Positions 18,320 through 28,317 of a stretch of 43,346 bases of DNA are shown here, piece by piece. Where the stretch lies: assembly GCA_023701005.1 (NCBI GenBank), contig JAMPXW010000002.1, forward strand, positions 1-43,346, read 5' to 3'. The notes under the pieces are model-generated. The model had not been told where the DNA came from. It saw nothing but the letters and a program-made list of their open reading frames with translations, and ran no database searches. The translations under genes and the position numbers were made by a program. Position 1 is the stretch's first letter; each line of letters opens with the position of its first letter. Origin of the DNA: Burkholderiales bacterium (GTDB taxonomy: Bacteria > Patescibacteriota > Minisyncoccia > Phycocordibacterales > UBA9973).

Positions 18320-19327
18320 ATGTCTAATTTATATTCTAATTCAATTTTTTGGATTGATACAGATAAAATCAAACCAAATCCATATCAGCCAAGAAGAGAT
18401 TTTGATGAAACACATCTACAGAATTTAGCTGATTCTATAAAACAATACGGAGTACTCCAACCTCTCACTGTGTCTAGGGTAGAAATAGAAAAAGAAGATG
18501 GAGGGCTTTCTACTGAATATGAATTGATAGCAGGAGAGCGTAGATTGCGCGCAGCCATACTAGCTAGAGTATCTCAAGTGCCAGTGATCATTCGTGAAGG
18601 GGATTCTTCAATGATGAAACTTGAATTAGCTATTATTGAAAATTTACAAAGAGAAGATTTGAATGTTGTAGACAGAGCTCGTGCTTTCGCTAGACTTGCT
18701 ACAGAATTTAATTTTAAACATGCAGAAATAGCAAAGAAAATGGGTAGAAGTAGGGAGTATGTTTCAAACACATTACGTATTTTGTCTCTACCAGAAGAAA
18801 TATTACAAGGATTGTCTGAAGGTAAAATATCAGAAGGGCACACAAGACCACTCTTAATGTTGGTAGATCATCCAGAACAACAAAATGTTTTATTTAAAGA
18901 AATAGTTTATAAGAAAATAACAGTACGAGAGGCTGAAAGTTTGGCAAGAAAGATCGCGACTGATCGTGTGCGAAAAAAGGAATATGCTCCAGACCCAGAG
19001 ATAATGGAACTTGAAGGAGAATTTCAAGATAAGTTAGGCACTCGTGTACATATAGATAGGAGTGATTTGGGTGGTCAAATAAAGATAGATTTTTTCTCGG
19101 TAGAAGATTTACGTACCATTTTAGATTCTATAAACAAGAGTGCCGTAGATAAGAAGCCGGGTGAAATGTTGGATAATTATATTGCAAAAAATGCTATCAC
19201 GGAGAGTGAAAATGTTGTAGCAATAGATGACAGATCAAAAGATGAAATAAAAGAATCAGCCTCGACTGACGCGAGTCTAGGCGGGGACGACTCTAGCCTT
19301 TACGATATTTCTAATTTTAGTGTTTAA
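18320..19327 (+). CDS. parB: chromosome partitioning protein ParB/Spo0J
   Basis: NPYQPR, LIAGERRLRA, IENLQREDL, HTH. Confidence 0.95.
   Translation: MSNLYSNSIFWIDTDKIKPNPYQPRRDFDETHLQNLADSIKQYGVLQPLTVSRVEIEKEDGGLSTEYELIAGERRLRAAILARVSQVPVIIREGDSSMMKLELAIIENLQREDLNVVDRARAFARLATEFNFKHAEIAKKMGRSREYVSNTLRILSLPEEILQGLSEGKISEGHTRPLLMLVDHPEQQNVLFKEIVYKKITVREAESLARKIATDRVRKKEYAPDPEIMELEGEFQDKLGTRVHIDRSDLGGQIKIDFFSVEDLRTILDSINKSAVDKKPGEMLDNYIAKNAITESENVVAIDDRSKDEIKESASTDASLGGDDSSLYDISNFSV
19256..19285. repeat. in-frame palindromic element, family A
   Basis: tcagcctcgact-gacgcg-agtctaggcggg (30 nt), encodes SASTDASLGG. Confidence 0.75.
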
Positions 19328-20796
19328 GAACGTCCAAAAGATTTGAGCTTAGAAATCAAACTATTTTTTTCTAAATAAGAACGAATGTTCTTTTTTGCCA
19401 TGTTTGTCTTTACATGTTCTAACCATTTTGAAGATGGATGAGAGTCTTTTTTGGTAACTATTTCTACGATATCTCCATTTTTTAGAGTTGAAAGTATTGG
19501 AGCTATTTTATTGTTTACTTTTACTCCAGATATGTGATTACCAAGGTCTGAGTGTATAGAATAAGCGAAATCAATAGGAGAAGAACCTTCTGGTAAATCT
19601 ACAACATCTCCTTTTGGTGTAAAAATGAATATTCGATCATTGAAAAAATCAGTTTTTAGATGTTCAAGATATTTTTTAGGATCATCTAATTCATAATTAA
19701 AATTTTTTAGTTCTTCTATCCATTTAAATTTTTCACTTTCACTTTGACTGTTTTTCTTTCCTGTGCCTTCTTTGTAAGCGAAATGAGCAGCGATACCATA
19801 AGCTGCTTCATTATGCATTTCTTGAGTTCTTATTTGTATTTCAGCTGTTCCTCCTAGTCCTGTAAATATTGTAGTATGTATGGAACGATATCCGTTTGGC
19901 TTAGGTACAGCGATATAATCTTTAATTCTTCCCGGCAAAGGTCTCCAGATAGAATGAATGATTCCTAATACTCTATAACATTCTTCTATGTTTTCTACTA
20001 TCACTCTGAGAGCAACTATATCATCTATCTTTTCTAGATCCATGTCATGCCTTAAGAGTTTTTTCCATAAACTGTATTTATGTTTTGTTCTATAATTTAT
20101 TTCAACAAATTTAACTTTATTTTTCTTTAATTCTTTTATTAATTCTTCATGAACTTCTTTCAAGTATTCTTGATACATATCTTTACTGTCTTTCAACATA
20201 TCTTCTACTTCTTTATATTCCTTGGGATATGCAAAAGGGAAGGCAGCATCTTCTATTTCTCCTTTTAATTTACCCATACCGAGTCTGTTTGCTAGAGGTG
20301 CATACACTTCTATAGATTCCATTGCTATTCTTTTTCTTTTTTCCTCTTTTAGAGATTGAAGAGTTCTCAAATTATGTAATCTATCAGCAAATTTGATGAT
20401 GACAACTCTTAAATCGTTCGTCATAGCAACAAAGAATTTTCTTAAACTCTCAACATGTCTTTCATGACCCCTATATTTTAGGGTTCCCAATTTGGTGACA
20501 CCATTTACGAGAAATACAATATCATCACCAAATTCTTTGCGCATTTCTTCTTCAGTTATTTGAGTATCTTCTAAAACATCATGCAAAAGACCAGCGATTA
20601 TCGTTGGTGTATCCATACCTAATTTAGCTAAGATTTTTGCTGTTTCTAGTACGTGAGTAAAATAAGGACTTCCATCCATCCTTTTTTGATCTTTATGAGC
20701 ATTCTCTGCGAATTTATACGCTTTGTCTAAAAGCTCTTCCTCTTTCTTAGATACTTTACCAGTTATAAGATCGATTATTTCTTTTAGATTTGACAT
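19324..20796 (-). CDS. RelA/SpoT homolog (HD + synthetase + TGS), C-terminally short
   Basis: LHDVLED, KFADRLHN, KDYIAVPKPNGYRSIHT, EIQIRT, FTPKG..DFAY.IH. Confidence 0.95.
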   Translation of the reverse strand: MSNLKEIIDLITGKVSKKEEELLDKAYKFAENAHKDQKRMDGSPYFTHVLETAKILAKLGMDTPTIIAGLLHDVLEDTQITEEEMRKEFGDDIVFLVNGVTKLGTLKYRGHERHVESLRKFFVAMTNDLRVVIIKFADRLHNLRTLQSLKEEKRKRIAMESIEVYAPLANRLGMGKLKGEIEDAAFPFAYPKEYKEVEDMLKDSKDMYQEYLKEVHEELIKELKKNKVKFVEINYRTKHKYSLWKKLLRHDMDLEKIDDIVALRVIVENIEECYRVLGIIHSIWRPLPGRIKDYIAVPKPNGYRSIHTTIFTGLGGTAEIQIRTQEMHNEAAYGIAAHFAYKEGTGKKNSQSESEKFKWIEELKNFNYELDDPKKYLEHLKTDFFNDRIFIFTPKGDVVDLPEGSSPIDFAYSIHSDLGNHISGVKVNNKIAPILSTLKNGDIVEIVTKKDSHPSSKWLEHVKTNMAKKNIRSYLEKNSLISKLKSFGRS

Positions 20797-20844
20797 TTGG
20801 GAATTATAACATTCCTTTATTTTTTGGTCAATTTTAAATAAAAA

Positions 20845-23106
20845 TTAAGATTTTAGTATTTTGTGAGGGTTATGGTTTGGGCAAGATTTATTACTACATC
20901 TTTCAGGTATTGTTTTTGTGCCTTCCATCATTAAAGATCCGCATTCTTTACATATTTTACCTGTTGGTTTTGCTTTTATTGCAAATTTACAATCTGGATA
21001 ATTTGAACAAGAATAAAATATTCCAAATCGGCCGCGTCTTTCGCTGATGTCTCCTTTCTTACAAGTAGGGCAGATGACTCCTGTCCTTTTTCTTTTTTCT
21101 TCGGCTTCGTCTTTCTTTATAAATTTACATTTTGGATATCTAGAACAAGAAATAAATGTTCCTGTGCCATCTCTTCTTTCTTTTATTATTAGTTTACCTC
21201 CACCTTGTTTGCCTTTCTTTTCTCCACAATCGGGGCACATCTCTCCAGTTTCTTTTGGACCTTCCAGTTGTGTTCCATCGAGTCTTAAGGCGCCATCACA
21301 ATCTGGATAATCTGAACAAGAATAGAATTTACCACCGCGAGAAAGCTTGATGATCATTTTCTTTCCACATTTTGGACATTTTATATTTTCTGGAGCTTCA
21401 CCTAGGTTTGTAGCTTTCTCTAATTTTTCTTTTATTTTAATATCTTTTAGAAATGGAGTATAAAAATCTTTTAAAGTTTTTTCGTATTCTCTTTCACCTC
21501 TAGATATCTCGTCTAATTCATCTTCCATTTCTGCAGTAAATGTATCTGAAATATAATTTGCAAAATTATTTTCTAAAAAGTCAGATACGACTTCTCCGAC
21601 GTCAGTAGGGAAAAGAGTTTTATTTTCTTTTCGGACATATTCTCTATCTTCCAGTGTCTTCATTATAGAAGCATAAGTAGAAGGTCTACCTATGTCTCTT
21701 TGTTCTAATTCTTTGATGAGCCCTGCTTCGCTGTATCTGTTTGGGGGTTCTGTAAATTTTTCTTCTTTTACCAAATTTAACAAATTTAATTTTTCTCCTA
21801 TTTTTACTTCTCCTAATTCCAAATCATCACTTCCACTTTGTGTGTCTGCCTTTAGCCAACCCAAGAACAAGACCCTTGATCCTGTGGCAGAAAAATCAGG
21901 AAATTCAAAATCTAATTTTGGAGCTTCTTTGATGTTTGCTGTTATTTTTGTTTTTAACAATTTAGCATCAGACATTTGAGAAGATATAGTTCTTTCCCAT
22001 ATCAATCTGTAAAGCTTTTGTTGTTCTTCTGTTCCAGCACTCATATTTTCTATGTGAGTAGGACGAATAGCTTCATGAGCTTCTTGAGCATTTTTTGATT
22101 TAGTTTTATAAACTCTTGCTTGGGCATATTCTTTGCCGTATTTTTTCTCCACAAGTGAGATTATTTGTACTTGGGCTACAGATGAAAGATTTGTACTATC
22201 TGTTCTCATGTATGTAATATGTCCAGCTTCATAAAGTTTTTGGGCTATTTGCATTGTCCTAGAAGGAGAATATCCAAGCCTAGAGCTGGCTGTCTGTTGT
22301 AATGTGGAAGTAGTGAAAGGTGCACGAGGAGATCTTTTTTGTTCTGATTCTTTTACATCTTTTACAAACCAAGTTCCTTTTTCCCCTTCGTCAAAAATAT
22401 TTTCAACCAATTTTTCATCTCTTGGTTCTTCAGTACAATTCAAGGTTAGTTTATTCCCGCCTCGCGTCGACGAGTCGCCACGAGTCGAGGCGGGCTTCTT
22501 TTCAGTTTCAAATAAACCAAATATTTTCCAATATTTTTCTGGTACGAATGCACGAATTTCTCTTTCACGTTCCATTATAATACGAAGAGCAGGAGATTGG
22601 ACTCTTCCTGCAGATAAGCCATAACGTACTTTCTTCCAAATGATTCCTGACAAATCATAACCCACGAGTCTATCGAGGACTCTCCTAGCTTCTTGTGCTT
22701 TTCTAAGATTGGTATCTATATCTCTAGGATTTTTCAAAGCTTCTTTTATTGCTTCTTCTGTGATTTCATGAAAAGTGACACGCCTTGTTGGTGCTTTTAT
22801 TTTTTTGTCTTTTTTCAATAATTCTTGTATATGCCAAGCGATAGCTTCTCCTTCACGGTCAGGGTCTGTCGCTAAAAGTATCTCAGAAGCTTTCTCTCCC
22901 AATGATTGAAGTTCATGTACGACTTTTTCTTTACCTTTTGATATTTCATAATGAGGTACAAAACCAGCTTCTATGTCGATAGCTATTTTGTTTGATTTAG
23001 GCAAATCACGTATATGTCCAATAGAAGCACGCACTGTGTATGCGCCTTCTAAATACTTTTCTATTGTCTTTGCTTTTGATGGTGACTCGACAATTAATAA
23101 TTTCAT
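20845..23106 (-). CDS. topA: DNA topoisomerase I
   Basis: IVESPSKAKTI, ATDPDREGE, SAGRVQS, ITYMRTD, C-terminal Zn ribbons. Confidence 0.97.
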   Translation of the reverse strand: MKLLIVESPSKAKTIEKYLEGAYTVRASIGHIRDLPKSNKIAIDIEAGFVPHYEISKGKEKVVHELQSLGEKASEILLATDPDREGEAIAWHIQELLKKDKKIKAPTRRVTFHEITEEAIKEALKNPRDIDTNLRKAQEARRVLDRLVGYDLSGIIWKKVRYGLSAGRVQSPALRIIMEREREIRAFVPEKYWKIFGLFETEKKPASTRGDSSTRGGNKLTLNCTEEPRDEKLVENIFDEGEKGTWFVKDVKESEQKRSPRAPFTTSTLQQTASSRLGYSPSRTMQIAQKLYEAGHITYMRTDSTNLSSVAQVQIISLVEKKYGKEYAQARVYKTKSKNAQEAHEAIRPTHIENMSAGTEEQQKLYRLIWERTISSQMSDAKLLKTKITANIKEAPKLDFEFPDFSATGSRVLFLGWLKADTQSGSDDLELGEVKIGEKLNLLNLVKEEKFTEPPNRYSEAGLIKELEQRDIGRPSTYASIMKTLEDREYVRKENKTLFPTDVGEVVSDFLENNFANYISDTFTAEMEDELDEISRGEREYEKTLKDFYTPFLKDIKIKEKLEKATNLGEAPENIKCPKCGKKMIIKLSRGGKFYSCSDYPDCDGALRLDGTQLEGPKETGEMCPDCGEKKGKQGGGKLIIKERRDGTGTFISCSRYPKCKFIKKDEAEEKRKRTGVICPTCKKGDISERRGRFGIFYSCSNYPDCKFAIKAKPTGKICKECGSLMMEGTKTIPERCSNKSCPNHNPHKILKS
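22456..22494. repeat. in-frame palindromic element, family A
   Basis: cccgcctcg...cgaggcggg perfect 9-bp terminal IR, 39 nt, encodes PASTRGDSSTRGG. Confidence 0.85.
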
Positions 23107-23172
23107 ACTTGCTAAGTATTACACGAAAATCATTTTTTTGGCAAACTTATCTTAATATAAACAAAAATTAAA

Positions 23173-24042
23173 TTAATTTAAATAAAGTTTTATCTCACCC
23201 ATTTCTTCTTTTATTATTTCTTTTATTTCCATTATTGAAAGTATCGCATTTGCATTAGGAATAGGTATTTTCATTGCTCTTATTAAATCATCTCTGGGGA
23301 TAGGTTCACGAAGTAATTCAATGACCTTTTTCTCTTCTGGTGATAGATCTAAAAATAGACTTTTTTGTTTTTCTTTATCATTTTTTCTTTCGAAACCCAA
23401 TGCTTCTAAAACATCATCAGCGCATGTTATGGGCGTAGCACCTTGTCTTATTAATCTATTAGTTCCATTTGAACTTGAAGAAAATATAGATCCAGGAATA
23501 GCGAGTACGTCTCTGTTGTATTCTGTTGCTAGCCTAGCTGTGATGAGTGTGCCTGATCTTTCTTCTGCTTCTATGATGAGAACTGCTTTTGATATTCCAG
23601 CCATCAATCTATTTCTCATAGGGAAGCTCCATTGTGTAGCTTTAAAGTTTGGTTCAAATTCAGAAATTAGACATCCACCACTTTCTACTACTTCTCTCAT
23701 TAGCCGCACATTTGTTTTGGGATATATTGCTTCATCACCCAAGCCTGAGCCAGGGAAAACTATTGTTTTGAGACCGACTTGCATAGCTTTCTTGTGAGAT
23801 ATCGTGTCTATGCCAATAGCAAAACCAGAAACAATGACTATGGGGTATCCTTGTAAGCCAGCTATTATCTTTTCGCAAGATTCTTTTCCATATGAAGTAA
23901 ATTTGCGAGATCCTACGATAGATAAAAAAATCAAATTTTCATCTTTTGGTAATTCTCCGATAATCCATAAATCTTCAGGAGGTTGAGGAATCTCTAGTAA
24001 AGATTTTGGAAATTCTTTTTTGGATAATTTTTTTATTTTCAT
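23173..24042 (-). CDS. dprA: DNA-processing protein DprA
   Basis: IVGSR, VSGFAIGID, FPMRNR, SGTLITA; dprA-topA synteny. Confidence 0.95.
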   Translation of the reverse strand: MKIKKLSKKEFPKSLLEIPQPPEDLWIIGELPKDENLIFLSIVGSRKFTSYGKESCEKIIAGLQGYPIVIVSGFAIGIDTISHKKAMQVGLKTIVFPGSGLGDEAIYPKTNVRLMREVVESGGCLISEFEPNFKATQWSFPMRNRLMAGISKAVLIIEAEERSGTLITARLATEYNRDVLAIPGSIFSSSSNGTNRLIRQGATPITCADDVLEALGFERKNDKEKQKSLFLDLSPEEKKVIELLREPIPRDDLIRAMKIPIPNANAILSIMEIKEIIKEEMGEIKLYLN

Positions 24043-24047
24043 GAATT

Positions 24048-24149
24048 TTAAAAATTAATAAAATCAAAAGATTTCTGAGCCTTCGCCCTCGGAGTCCATG
24101 AGGACAGGGAACCCACGACTCTTAAAATCTTTTATTTTTTAATTTTTAA
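24048..24149. repeat. MITE/REP-like intergenic element
   Basis: Imperfect AT-rich IRs (ttaaaaattaataaaatcaaaagattt / aaatcttttattttttaatttttaa) around a GC-rich core. Confidence 0.55.
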
Positions 24150-24189
24150 CTACTTTGTAATTATAACAGCATTGATATATAATAGATAT

Positions 24190-25503
24190 ATGTTAGATAT
24201 TAAATTTATACGTGAAAATAAAGACATTGTGCAAGTTGGTGCAAAGAAAAAGCTTATTGATGTAGACATAGAAAAGCTTATTTCTCTCGACGATGAACGT
24301 CTAAAACAATTGAAAGAAGTTGAAGATTTGAGAAGCGAGATCAACAAAGTTTCAAATGATATTGGTATTGAAAAAGATCAGGCAAGGAGAATGCAATTGA
24401 TCGAAGAAATGCGTCTTGTAAAAGAAGATATCAAGCAAAAAGAAGAAAAATTAAAATCAATTACAGAAGAGTGGCAGAAGATAATGCTAAAGATACCAAA
24501 TATTCCATCTGTCGATACTCCAGAAGGCCCAGATGATTCGGGGAATGTAGTTTTGAGAAGTTGGGGAGAAAAACCACAATTTTCTTTCGCACCTAAAGAA
24601 CATTTTGAATTAGGAAAATCGTTGGGGATCATAGACACAGAAACAGCAGCAGATGTTTCTGGTGCAAGATTTTCTTATTTAAAGGGAGATTTAGTTTTTA
24701 TGCAATTTGGGTTAATCCAGATGTGTTTAGATATTTTAAATAATGAAGAAATATTAAAAAATATAGCAGAAGAATCAAACATTTCTGTTAATCCAACTAA
24801 ATTTTTACCTATAATACCACCAGTATTTATAAAACCAATCGTTCAGACTAAAATGGCTCGATATATGACACCTGAAGAGCATTATATGTTTCCGAATGAT
24901 AATCTGATGCTCATAGGAAGCGCAGAACACACATTAGGTTCAATGCATATGGGTAAAATTTTTGAAGAAAAAGATTTACCTATTAGATATGCTGGATATT
25001 CTACAGCTTTCAGGAGAGAAGCAGGTGCTGCAGGGAAAGACACAAATGGAATTTTACGTCAACATCAATTTGATAAATTAGAAATGGAAGTTTTTTCTTT
25101 GCCAGAAAATGGAATTCAAGAACAAAATTTTCTTGTTGCAATTCAAGAATATATATTAAAAAGTTTGAAATTATCTTTCCAAACAGTCGCTATTTGTACT
25201 GGAGACATGGGTTTTCCAGACACTAGACAAATAGATATTGAAATTTGGATGCCAGGTCAAAATAAATATAGAGAAACTCATAGCGCAGATTACACTGGGG
25301 GGTTTCAGTCACGTCGTTTGAATACTAGAGTCAGAAGAAGTGATGGAAAGATAGAACCAGTGCATATGAATGATGCCACTGTCGTCGCTATAGGACGAAT
25401 GCTTATAGCTATCTTGGAAAACTACCAACAAGAAGATGGCTCTATTAAGATACCAGAAGTATTAAGAAAATATATGGGGAATAAAGAATTTATAACAAAG
25501 TAG
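24190..25503 (+). CDS. serS: serine--tRNA ligase
   Basis: MLDIKFIREN start at ATG 24190, FRREAG, RQHQFDKLE, AILENYQ. Confidence 0.97.
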   Translation: MLDIKFIRENKDIVQVGAKKKLIDVDIEKLISLDDERLKQLKEVEDLRSEINKVSNDIGIEKDQARRMQLIEEMRLVKEDIKQKEEKLKSITEEWQKIMLKIPNIPSVDTPEGPDDSGNVVLRSWGEKPQFSFAPKEHFELGKSLGIIDTETAADVSGARFSYLKGDLVFMQFGLIQMCLDILNNEEILKNIAEESNISVNPTKFLPIIPPVFIKPIVQTKMARYMTPEEHYMFPNDNLMLIGSAEHTLGSMHMGKIFEEKDLPIRYAGYSTAFRREAGAAGKDTNGILRQHQFDKLEMEVFSLPENGIQEQNFLVAIQEYILKSLKLSFQTVAICTGDMGFPDTRQIDIEIWMPGQNKYRETHSADYTGGFQSRRLNTRVRRSDGKIEPVHMNDATVVAIGRMLIAILENYQQEDGSIKIPEVLRKYMGNKEFITK

Positions 25504-25528
25504 TTTTAGTTATTAGAGAAATATAAAA

Positions 25529-26398
25529 ATGCGAAGAAAAATTATTTTAAATTCTCCTCGAATTCAAGAATTAAAAAGAAGAAAACGACAAACTGTTTTA
25601 AAAAAATTATCTTGGGTAGTTTTTTTCTTTTTGTTGGTGTTGGTAGGTTTATCTTTTTTATCTAGATGGAGCAAATTAAATATAGATAAAATAGAAGTCA
25701 CAGGAAATAAAATAGTAGAAACAAAAATAATAGAAGATTTTATCCAACAAGAATTGGCTGGTAATTATTTTTGGATTTTTCCAAAGACGAATTTTATTCT
25801 TTTTCCTCAAAATAGAATAGAGAATGAGTTGAAAAATAAATTTAAAAGGATTGAAACGATTTCAGTTAATGATAAAAATATCAAAACTTTAGAAGTCTCT
25901 ATTTCTGAGAGAAATGCTTTATATACTTGGTGTGGAGTAGAGCCATTGATAGTAGAAGATTCTGATCAGAAATGTTATTTCTTAGATAAAGAAGGATATC
26001 TTTTTGATGAGGCGCCTTATTTTTCAGGTGATGTTTATTTTAGATTTTATGGAGTTAATGACATTGATACAGAAAATCCTTTAGGAAATTATTTCTTTAA
26101 GCAACATTTTAATAGATTGATTCATTTAAAAGATTTGTTAGAAAAAACTGAATTGAGAGCGATAGCTTTTTATGTAATGGAAAATGGAGATATAAAGATT
26201 TTACTAAAAAAACAAGGAGAAATGACAGAAAATCCAAATGTGATTCTCAAAACAGAATCAGATTTCGATAAAATAATAGAAAACTTACAATCGGTTTTGA
26301 ATACTGAACCATTACAAAGTGATTTTAAAAATAAATATAGCTCACTTATGTATATTGACCTACGCTTTGGCAATAAGGTTTACTATAAGTTTAAATAA
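25529..26398 (+). CDS. FtsQ/DivIB-like cell division protein
   Basis: Basic N-terminus, one TM, POTRA-like IEVTGN, C-terminal YIDLRFGNKVY. Confidence 0.7.
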   Translation: MRRKIILNSPRIQELKRRKRQTVLKKLSWVVFFFLLVLVGLSFLSRWSKLNIDKIEVTGNKIVETKIIEDFIQQELAGNYFWIFPKTNFILFPQNRIENELKNKFKRIETISVNDKNIKTLEVSISERNALYTWCGVEPLIVEDSDQKCYFLDKEGYLFDEAPYFSGDVYFRFYGVNDIDTENPLGNYFFKQHFNRLIHLKDLLEKTELRAIAFYVMENGDIKILLKKQGEMTENPNVILKTESDFDKIIENLQSVLNTEPLQSDFKNKYSSLMYIDLRFGNKVYYKFK

Positions 26399-26401
26399 AG
26401 G

Positions 26402-26553
26402 TAATATACATAAAAGTATATTTTATAAAACACACATATTTGCAAGCTTGCAAATTGCTATGCTCGTCGTTCAAGAAAAAAATAGTCGGAATACCTCCTT
26501 ATTTTTCTAAACTCCTGTGCAATGTTTTCTAAAACATACTTTTATATATATTA
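26402..26553. repeat. MITE/REP-like intergenic element with ~31-bp terminal IRs
   Basis: taatatacataaaagtatattttataaaaca / tgttttctaaaacatacttttatatatatta (3 mismatches); internal palindrome tttgcaagcttgcaaa. Confidence 0.65.
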
Positions 26554-27590
26554 TGAATTTTTGGAAAAAATTGAATAAACCATTTTTTTGCTTAGCGCCT
26601 ATGTCTGATGTCACAGATATAGCTTTTCGTCGTATGCTTGCTAAATATGGCAAGAACAGAGAAAACAAAGATAGTGTTGTTTTCTGGACAGAATTCGTTG
26701 CGGCTGATGGATTGGCAAATAAACTTGCTAAAAAGAAATTGTCTCATATTTTAAAATATTCTGAAGCCGAGAGGCCCATTTTGGCTCAAGTATTTGGTGC
26801 GAATGAAGAGAATATGGAGACAGCTTGTAGATATATAGCGAGCCTTGGTTTCGATGGAATAGATATAAATATGGGTTGTCCAGATAAATCTGTCATAGCG
26901 CAAGGAGCAGGTTCAGCTTTAATAAAGACACCAGAACTCGCAAAGAAAATAATAAATGCAGCAAAAAGAGGTATAAAATCCGCAGGGGTTGATATTCCTT
27001 TGTCTGTAAAAACTAGAATTGGTTTCAACAAAGAAGACATAGACAATTGGATACCTATTTTGCTTAAAGAAAATATTTCAGCTTTGACCGTACATTTGCG
27101 TACCACTAAAGAATTGTCTTTAGTTCCTGCACATTGGATTTTGATGAAAAAAGTTATTGAGTTAAGAGATAAAATAAATCCTGATACTTTAATAATTGGA
27201 AATGGGGATGTTGTAGATTTAAATGATGCAGAAAATAAAATAAAAGAATTTGGTTGTGATGGTGTGATGATAGGTAGGGGGGTTTTTGGTAATCCATGGT
27301 TTTTTAAAAGGTGGGCCCTTAAATCTTCAGAAAGGGCCGACCTTGAAGTTTCTCTTGAAGAAAGACTCTTGGCATTAATAGAACATACTCAAATTTTTGA
27401 TAAAGAACTTTTAAAACCTAAGCATAAAAATTTTGCTGTCATGAAAAAACATTTTAAAGCTTATGTAAAAGATCCTGCCTCGACGCAAGGCGGGTTTCCG
27501 GGTGCAAAAGAACTCCGTATGAAATTAATGGAGACAAATAACGCCAAAGAAGTAGAAAAAATAATTAAAGATTTTTTAAAGACAAAATAA
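26553..27590 (+). CDS. tRNA-dihydrouridine synthase (DusB-like)
   Basis: LAPM, DINMGCP, SVKTRIG, NGD, GVMIGRG; ATG at 26553 preferred. Confidence 0.95.
   Translation: MNFWKKLNKPFFCLAPMSDVTDIAFRRMLAKYGKNRENKDSVVFWTEFVAADGLANKLAKKKLSHILKYSEAERPILAQVFGANEENMETACRYIASLGFDGIDINMGCPDKSVIAQGAGSALIKTPELAKKIINAAKRGIKSAGVDIPLSVKTRIGFNKEDIDNWIPILLKENISALTVHLRTTKELSLVPAHWILMKKVIELRDKINPDTLIIGNGDVVDLNDAENKIKEFGCDGVMIGRGVFGNPWFFKRWALKSSERADLEVSLEERLLALIEHTQIFDKELLKPKHKNFAVMKKHFKAYVKDPASTQGGFPGAKELRMKLMETNNAKEVEKIIKDFLKTK
27308..27344. repeat. in-frame palindromic element (inverted pair of AAGG-N5-CCTT 13-mers)
   Basis: aaggtgggccctt (27308-27320) and aagggccgacctt (27332-27344), 1 mismatch as an IR. Confidence 0.65.
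27474..27494. repeat. in-frame palindromic element, family A
   Basis: cctgcctcgacgcaaggcggg (21 nt), encodes PASTQGG. Confidence 0.8.
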
Positions 27591-27617
27591 AAAACTCGGA
27601 GATAACTCCGAGTTTTT
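27590..27617. terminator. bidirectional intrinsic terminator
   Basis: aaaaactcggag-ataa-ctccgagttttt. Confidence 0.85.
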
Positions 27618-27627
27618 GTTAAAAACA

Positions 27628-28191
27628 CTATTTTAAACCATTATCTGCAAAAAATTTCTTTTTCATAGAAGAAGCAATTTCTAGAATTAAATCATTTTTA
27701 GAATTATTTTCTTTCATGTACTGATCAGAAAATATTTCCAAAGAAATAAAAAATTCACCCGGACTGATTGATTTATTTTTGTAATAAATTTCCTTTGCAG
27801 CAAGAAACAAAGCAGAAATTGTTTCATTAATGGGGTAGCCATGTCCCGAAGCTACTGCAGAAGAAAATTTTACGGTCTTTTTTTTGTACTTTCTTTCTAC
27901 AGAGAAAAAACCAGCACCATGGAAATAAAAATGTTCCCGATCTTCTTTTAGTATCATGTTTTTTGAAAAAAGTAGTTCCGAAATTTGCATAATAACTTTC
28001 AAATGATTATTGCGTGTTTCAAAAAAATTTATTTCTCCTATTTTTTCTATTTTTATAGATTCTTTTTTGGGATTTATGTAACCCAAAAAGATGCCTTCTT
28101 TACCACATCCTTTGTCTATCAGGATAAGTTGAAGGTATTTAAAAAAAAGATTTAAATAGGGAAATTCTCTAGAGAATAAAATATTTTCCAT
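27628..28191 (-). CDS. hypothetical protein
   Basis: ORF 27628..28203; ATG at 28191 preceded by GGAGG; own TTGACT promoter-like element and terminator. Confidence 0.6.
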   Translation of the reverse strand: MENILFSREFPYLNLFFKYLQLILIDKGCGKEGIFLGYINPKKESIKIEKIGEINFFETRNNHLKVIMQISELLFSKNMILKEDREHFYFHGAGFFSVERKYKKKTVKFSSAVASGHGYPINETISALFLAAKEIYYKNKSISPGEFFISLEIFSDQYMKENNSKNDLILEIASSMKKKFFADNGLK

Positions 28192-28317
28192 CTGTTCCTC
28201 CAAATGATATAAGTTGTTTTTTGTTTGTTATGACGAAGAATTATTTCCAATACAATACTACTTAAACAGCTAAAAGTCAAGTATTTTTAATCAATAAAAT
28301 TATAGTATAATCAATAC

